Both the position numbers and the translations under genes were made by a program. A model generated the notes under the pieces. It saw only the letters and a list, made by a program, of their open reading frames with translations. It was not told the DNA's origin and made no database searches. Of a DNA stretch of 64,000 nt, positions 57,876-64,000 are shown one piece after another. Location of the stretch: positions 434,001-498,000 of the forward strand of contig NIVC01000282.1 of assembly GCA_002269645.1 (NCBI GenBank), read 5' to 3'. Origin of the DNA: Macrostomum lignano. Taxonomy: Eukaryota. The first letter of the stretch is position 1; every line of letters starts with the position of its first letter.

Positions 57876-58875
57876 CAGTAAAACAACAACAACAAAATAC
57901 GCTGTCAGGTGGAAAAATGCAGCGTCACAGCGCACGCTTCAGAGCCGGGGCGCCAGCGTCGGCCAGCAGGCAGTCGACGAAGGTGCCTGCAGCGTTAGCA
58001 GCAGCACCTCCTGCACCGGCTGCGGGCAGTAGGACTCGGCGCGGATGATGTGGCCTGCCAGCTGGAGTCGCCGAAGTCGCAGCAGTTCACTTAAACGGGC
58101 ACTTGGCCGGCGCGGCGATAAAGTGCCGCGTTAGTGATCCGCTCGTCGCTGATCTTAAAGGCGGCGTTGGCGTTGTAGATAGCCATAATGGCGTTGTACT
58201 GTGCTACCAGAGCAGCTGTGATGACGCCGGACGGCTGTCGGACTCCTTCGAGACATCCTCCGGTGTGCTCCAGGGGGACACTCTAGCGCCGTTCCTGTTC
58301 GTCCTGGTGCTTGACCGGGTGCTACGAACTGCTCTTCCTACCGACGAAGACGGCTTCCTACTGTGGCGACGCGTGGGTCGACGTCAACCGGAGAAGCGTC
58401 TCAGCGTGCTTGGCTACGCTGATGACCTCGCCCTGCTGTCCTCGACCGCAGAGGGCGCCCAGCGCCAGCTGGACAAGCTGGTTAGCGCTGCGGCGAGCGT
58501 CGGCTTGGTGGTCAACACAAAGAAGACCGTTGTGGTCTGCGTGCCGGGCGACATCGAGGCCGCAATTTTCTGCCGAGGCGCTGACGGGCAGGTAACGGAG
58601 CTTCCGCGCTGTCAGCAGTTCGTCTACCTCGGCGGTCTGGCACCTGACGTCCGCGAAGATCTGCGGCGTCGCCGCGGGCTCGCTTGGGCTGCCTTTCGCT
58701 CTGTGAGGGCGGTCCTGCATTCCGAGGCCCTGCCTGATCGCCAGAGGGCGGCGCTGTTCCAGGCGGTGGTCGAGACCGTCCTGTTGTACAACGCCAAGAC
58801 CTGGACGCTGACGGATTCGCTAGAACAGCAAGTCAACGCGGCGCACGCTGGCCCGCTGCGCGTCGCTCAGTAAAA
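57876..58875. mobile_element. 5'-truncated, internally inverted RTE-clade non-LTR retrotransposon
   Basis: Plus 58203-58862: SDSFETSSGVLQGDTLAPFLF..LGYADDLALL..GLVVNTKKT..FVYLGG..VETVLLYNAKTWTL..HAGPLR. Minus 58165-57895: AAFKISDERITNAALYRRA..LRRLQLAGHIIRAE, with frameshifts. (TTG)n tail; direct repeat CAGTAAAA at 57876-57883 and 58868-58875. Confidence 0.85.
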
Positions 58876-58989
58876 GCAATAGACATGACAATGCTTTTCC
58901 CCCAACCCCACCTTGTGATCGACCCGTGGAGGAAATCAATATTTTTGTTTCAGGGTGCTACATATACACCCAAGGCATATACACAGCTG

Positions 58990-59220
58990 TAGCACCCGCG
59001 GCACCAAAATGAGTGCCTGTGGTGCCGATTGAGTGCCTCCGGCGCCAATTATCGAGTGCCTGTGGCGCCGATTGAGTGCCTCCGGCCCAAATTATCGAGT
59101 GCCTGTGGCGCCAACGATCGAGTGCCTGTAGCGCCAATGATCGAGTGCCTGTGGTGCCAATTATCGAGTGCCTGTGGCGCCAATGATCGAGTGCCTGTGG
59201 CGCCAATGATCGAGTGCCTG
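58990..59220. repeat. GATCGAGTGCCTGTGGCGCCAAT minisatellite, left part
   Basis: Same unit and orientation as 61421-61810. Confidence 0.92.
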
Positions 59221-61420
59221 CCCAGGGCCGGAATCATGGCCAGATCATGCATGATCCATGCATGCGCCCATCCATGCATCATCCCTGATCATCTATGGAC
59301 CGATCCATGTTCATAGATGGTTTCATGCTCATTCCATGGATGGCGGAATAGCCATACATGATCATTGATGTATTACTTTCCACACATGGACATGTATGAT
59401 TGTTAATTCTGGCTGTATATACTACTCGTTAAGGCACATTTGAGTTTTAAAAAAATATACCCCAAAGAACTATAGTTCAAATTTCAGAACAAGACCTGCA
59501 ACATACAAAGTACCACCACAATAATACTTCAGGCACTACTTTAAGGTATAACTTAGAATCAACCATTGGCACTATTTATTTTCTATACTCTTAGGACAGA
59601 CTTCGACTGACTTAATTTTTCTTCTAAAGTAAAAACGTTTTTTTAATTGCAAATAATTCTTTACAGCACATTTGATTCTATAGTGTAATATTAAGTAGAA
59701 TGTTAATGTTAAATATGAAGAAAACTATACATTAGGATAACACAATAGTTTTAATTATATTCATTTTATAAAACAAAAATAGTAGCCAAATACACAAGAA
59801 CTAAAATTCAGCATTCAGAAGACAGACAATACATTAAAATTAAGTTTTGATTGAATTTAAACAAAAATTACAATACACATTACACAATGACAAAATGCAG
59901 CATTCAGAAGAAAAACCATATATTAGAATAATACAACAGTTTTTATTGAATTAAAAGACAGCAATAAAATCACTAAAATAAAATAAAAACAATACATTAA
60001 AATAAATTAAAATAATAGTTTTCATTGCAATAAAACAAAAATAGCAATACACAATAACTAGAAATGCAATAACAGAAAAACAATTAGGATAATTGTTTCA
60101 TTGCCTCTGGTAATGAATTGTAAATCACTTGGATGGCCCGTGACCATGTTGGCATAAAAGATGGAAAGCAAACATTATATTATTTATAGTATTTTTGTAA
60201 CAAAAAAATCAAAATTTCTATATATCAATATTATTGGAATAAAGCTTAATGATAATCAGTTAACTTTTAATGAACTTAACAAATTAAACATTTTTGTAGC
60301 TTAATTAATATTGAAATAGGAATAGATATAAAAAGCTCTTGGATATCTACATACTAGAAATTTTATTCAATTTTTGACTAATTTTGACTGTTTTCTAAAT
60401 AGTAATATCTAGCCATAGGCCCTACAATATTTTAGACCAATATCAAAAGAACAAAGAAATTAAATACTTTCATTGTGGTTTAATACTCTTTGAAGTTTTT
60501 AATTGAAAATTGCTATATTGGCCTAGCATCTATTTATCCTAGGCCTAACCTAAAGGAGTAAAGCTAAGGAAAAAGTTAAATAATCCCAGCACCCAGCTTA
60601 CCAATTAGGTTATATTTTCACTCTTATTATATAAAGTAGGCCTAATAAATTTCATAGTTAAAAATTGGTCATTTAGCCCACCTGGCCCTATCTTCAGATA
60701 AATAATTTACATCATGGCATTAGACTGATTAGGTGGCTATGCCTAGGCTAGGGCTAGAATAGGGCAGCAGTAGGCTTGTCTTATTAGGGTTAGGGTTAGG
60801 CCTATTAATTATTACATATAGTAAATAGGTTTGGCCACAGGCTAGGTCGCCTAGCCAGTAAAAATAATAGACTGGCTAAATTATAAGTTAGGCTATAAAA
60901 AGATGAATAAAACTGAGTACATATTGTCTATTGTCATTTGCCTTGCCCTTAGGCCAGACTCTAGGCCTTGGTCTTACTAATACAAATAACTAAGAAATAA
61001 TAACTATTAATTAGATATTAGATTAACCTAATTGGCTATTTGCACAAGCCTCAACCTCAAATGTTAAATTTCGAGCTTAAAGTTGAGGTAATGAGGTTAA
61101 GAGCATGCATGCAGCGGGCGGGGCGTAGAAAATTAATGGTTTAAAAACGTAAAATAAAAATGGCGGAAACTAAAGTACAACAAATATATACTCAAGATTT
61201 ACAAATCAATAAAATCAGCATCATCTTTATACATTTAAAGAAAATTTTTAATTAAATAAAACTTATTAGTTACGTTAACTAAATTTTTTCACGTTAGGCA
61301 TCCATGGATGATTTCAACATGGACGCGGACAAATGATCCATGTATGATTGTTGCATGGCCATCTATAAATCAACCATGGATCATGCTCCATGGATGATTA
61401 GTAATGATTCTGGTCCTGGG
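59221..61420. mobile_element. Non-autonomous CCC-terminated (EnSpm-like) element, 2200 bp
   Basis: TIR CCCAGGGCCGGAATCAT vs CCCAGGACCAGAATCAT (15/17); 2-bp TG duplication; subterminal CCATG(C/G)ATG motifs at both ends; AT-rich non-coding interior. Confidence 0.7.
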
Positions 61421-61810
61421 TGCGGAGCCAACGATCGAGTGCCTGCGGCACCGATCGAGTGCCTGTGGCGCCAACGATCGAGTGCCTGCGGAGCCAATGA
61501 TCGAGTGCCTGCGGCACCGATCGAGTGCCTGTGGCGCCAACAATCGAGTGCCTGCGGAGCCAATGATCGAGTGCCTGTGGCGCCAACGATCGAGTGCCTG
61601 TGGCGCCAACGATCGAGTGCCTGCGGAGCCAATGATCGAGTGCCTGCGGCACCGATCGAGTGCCTGTGGCGCCAACGATCGAGTGCCTGCGGAACCAATG
61701 ATCGAGTGCCTGCGGCACCGATCGAGTGCCTGCGGCACCGATCGAGTGCCTGTGGCGCCAACGATCGAGTGCCTGTGGCGCCAATGATTGCGTGCCTGTG
61801 GTGCCAATGA
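61421..61810. repeat. GATCGAGTGCCTG(T/C)GGC(G/A)CC minisatellite, right part
   Basis: Continuation of the 58990-59220 array. Confidence 0.92.
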
Positions 61811-64000
61811 TCGATTGATTGCCTGTGGCGATCATTTACATCCAATCCAATTACAAAGTATTATGCGAAGGGTCCAATTCAACGAGCTCTTTTGCTGAGA
61901 GTTAAAAGATCGAACAACCAGAACACACTGTATGTACATGTACATGTATGAAAATGAGAAATGAAATTAATAATAATTGATTACACCTGTCCTGATATTA
62001 TATGAACACGTGCAAGAAACGATAAATTGTGACAGTGTGGTAGGAAGGACCTGTATAAAGTAAAAGTAAATTTGCAGTGCTTTTTCACAGCTATTTTTTA
62101 ATAGGTCTGCGGTCCGGACGTCGGCTGATCAAATTATGTCGCATAATTATTTCGCTTTTCTATAGTATTTTCTAGTCTAATATTATGCAAATGTACATTT
62201 CATGTAAGCAACTCTCCAAGTATCGTTACATGCTAGAAACTAAAAAAGGTTATGCATAAGGAAAGCAGCCCACCACAGTTACATGTAAGTTCGGGGCCCC
62301 TCGGAATGTGTTAATTATACAGAGAGTCAAAACATTATAATACAGAATTATAACCGGATTATCAGTTCAGAACCATGTGACATTTAAAGCTGATTGCAAA
62401 CAAAGTAAATTTGAACGCAAAAGTTAGAATAAAAAACAAAGCGACGTTGTTGAGTGACAACGCAAGCTTGCTATAACGAAAGAATATTTTCAAACGAAGC
62501 TTCTAAGAAAATCACGCTTATTTTCTCATTGCTATAATTAATTAATTAGGCTTAGGCGTTCGTTCGATATAAATCTGTCAAAAGGCTTTATCTATTCCTT
62601 GACCAAGAAATCAGAGCTAGGCCCCTAGCTATATTTAAAGTAACAATTTTCTTTAGAGTAATAAGTAGACCTACCTATCTTATTTATAGATGCTCATCAT
62701 GGTCATGCTCTCTAAGTATGTGGCCTACCTAGCCCGCCTAGCCGCTAGCCCTACCCTAGGCTTAGGGGCCTGGCCTATGACTATGACTAGGCCTATGTAT
62801 GTGTGTATGAGCTATATGCCTATGACATGTATTGGTTCGTATTCCTGGGCCTAATGCTAGGCCCAAATATATCATTGAACTAAAGCCTAAAGCTTTACTA
62901 TTAACTATTTCATTTGACTAATTTTCAAGGATAACCGATAAGACATATTTTTATTTAATGGGTTTAAATACACAAGTAAATACACAGATTGTTTTTAGGC
63001 ATGAGGAAATAGAACTACAATATATTAAAACATAGTACAAAAATATTTTTTTAAGTGAAGTTAATAACTAAAAAGTATCTTACAATAGGCCTAATATTAA
63101 TTAAAATGTGTCATGGTGTGGGCATGGTATTTTTAATATTATTATTTTAAAGTAAAATTTTTATTATTTCTTATTTTTATAGTAAAAATAAATAATTTTA
63201 GGCAGTTTTTATTGTTATGGAATATGGTAAATATATAAATAACAAAATTTTTTTTATGGTTAACACATTCATATATACAATACTATCTGTGCCTATGGTC
63301 TTTACTTAATGTAACTATATAAATAGCAACTGTTATTTTTTAGGCCTAGTCACTATAGGTAGGAAGCAAAATGGCTATTTTTATGGTCATGTGGAAGAAA
63401 TTTCAGTTAAATTACAATGTAATAGTTAACAATTACAAATTACCTAAAGTTCATAGTGTGGATCATGCTAAGTGCACGCAAGAAACAACCCAAAGCTAAT
63501 TCCCAAAAGCACGCCGACGACAAGCAAATGCATGCCAATGCACGCCAATAAATTAAAATTCAAATTGAAGTCAAAAAACGTATTTTAAATTGCATTGTGA
63601 AAAACAAAGCAACAAATGATGTACAAAAGAAATGATATATCTTTAAAAACGTGTATTTCTCATACATTAATTTATTTAACAGTCTTATACACTGTTTATT
63701 TACAATAGTTTTTTTTCAAAAGTTAAATACAATAATACGTATTTTATGTCTGCTTACTATTACATTAATCAATTAATCAATCAGTTAGTCAAATCTACTA
63801 TCTCAGTCAGATGGCTCTCACATTGGTAACCAAAGTTGTTATAGATCCTTAGTAGTAAGAGACCAGAATACCAAGGACACTCAGATATACATCATACTAA
63901 AATATTTTGCAAATGATTTTCTTAAAAACTGTGTATATAAAAGTATAAATATGTATTAATTGATATTCTGAACTCAGATCAAACTTTATTTTTGTGCATT

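Noticed and set aside
58103-58873. 256-aa ORF as a host gene or intact reverse transcriptase
   Set aside because: Its N-terminus is read across an inversion junction; it is a truncated RTE fragment lacking the endonuclease and N-terminal RT motifs.
61105-61170. GC-box plus AAAATGGCGG (YY1-like) promoter motif
   Set aside because: Lies inside a non-autonomous transposon with no adjacent gene; a short motif alone is not sufficient.

Overview
This is eukaryotic, intron-containing animal DNA. GC-rich genes with poly-Q/poly-A tracts, minisatellite-filled introns and AT-rich repeat blocks suggest a free-living flatworm such as Macrostomum (inference). Eight host genes can be reconstructed with phase-consistent GT-AG introns: the 3' part of an ANKRD11/12-like gene, a TRAF2/3-like gene and a DEG/ENaC channel on +; a dienelactone hydrolase, UQCC1/CBP3, AFG1L/LACE1, CEP164 and an intronless secreted PAN-like/LamG protein on -. 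AFG1L intron 1 holds an apparently complete 8.8-kb CACTA/EnSpm-type (CMC) DNA transposon with 41-bp TIRs, a TCT TSD, subterminal repeat arrays, an intact 969-aa transposase and a second ORF. There are also hAT-like MITEs with exact 8-bp TSDs, two tRNA-derived SINE families, an RTE retrotransposon with a twin-priming-type inversion, and more than 20 distinct tandem arrays. The most interesting signals are: (i) directional CpA->TpA / TpG->TpA (RIP-like) decay between repeat copies in the AT-rich blocks; (ii) recurrent TA-GGCC-TA micro-insertions that look like excision footprints; (iii) a probable trans-spliced operon coupling two mitochondrial respiratory-chain assembly factors (AFG1L-UQCC1); (iv) the intact intronic transposon. 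No CRISPR array or bona fide tRNA/rRNA gene is supported.
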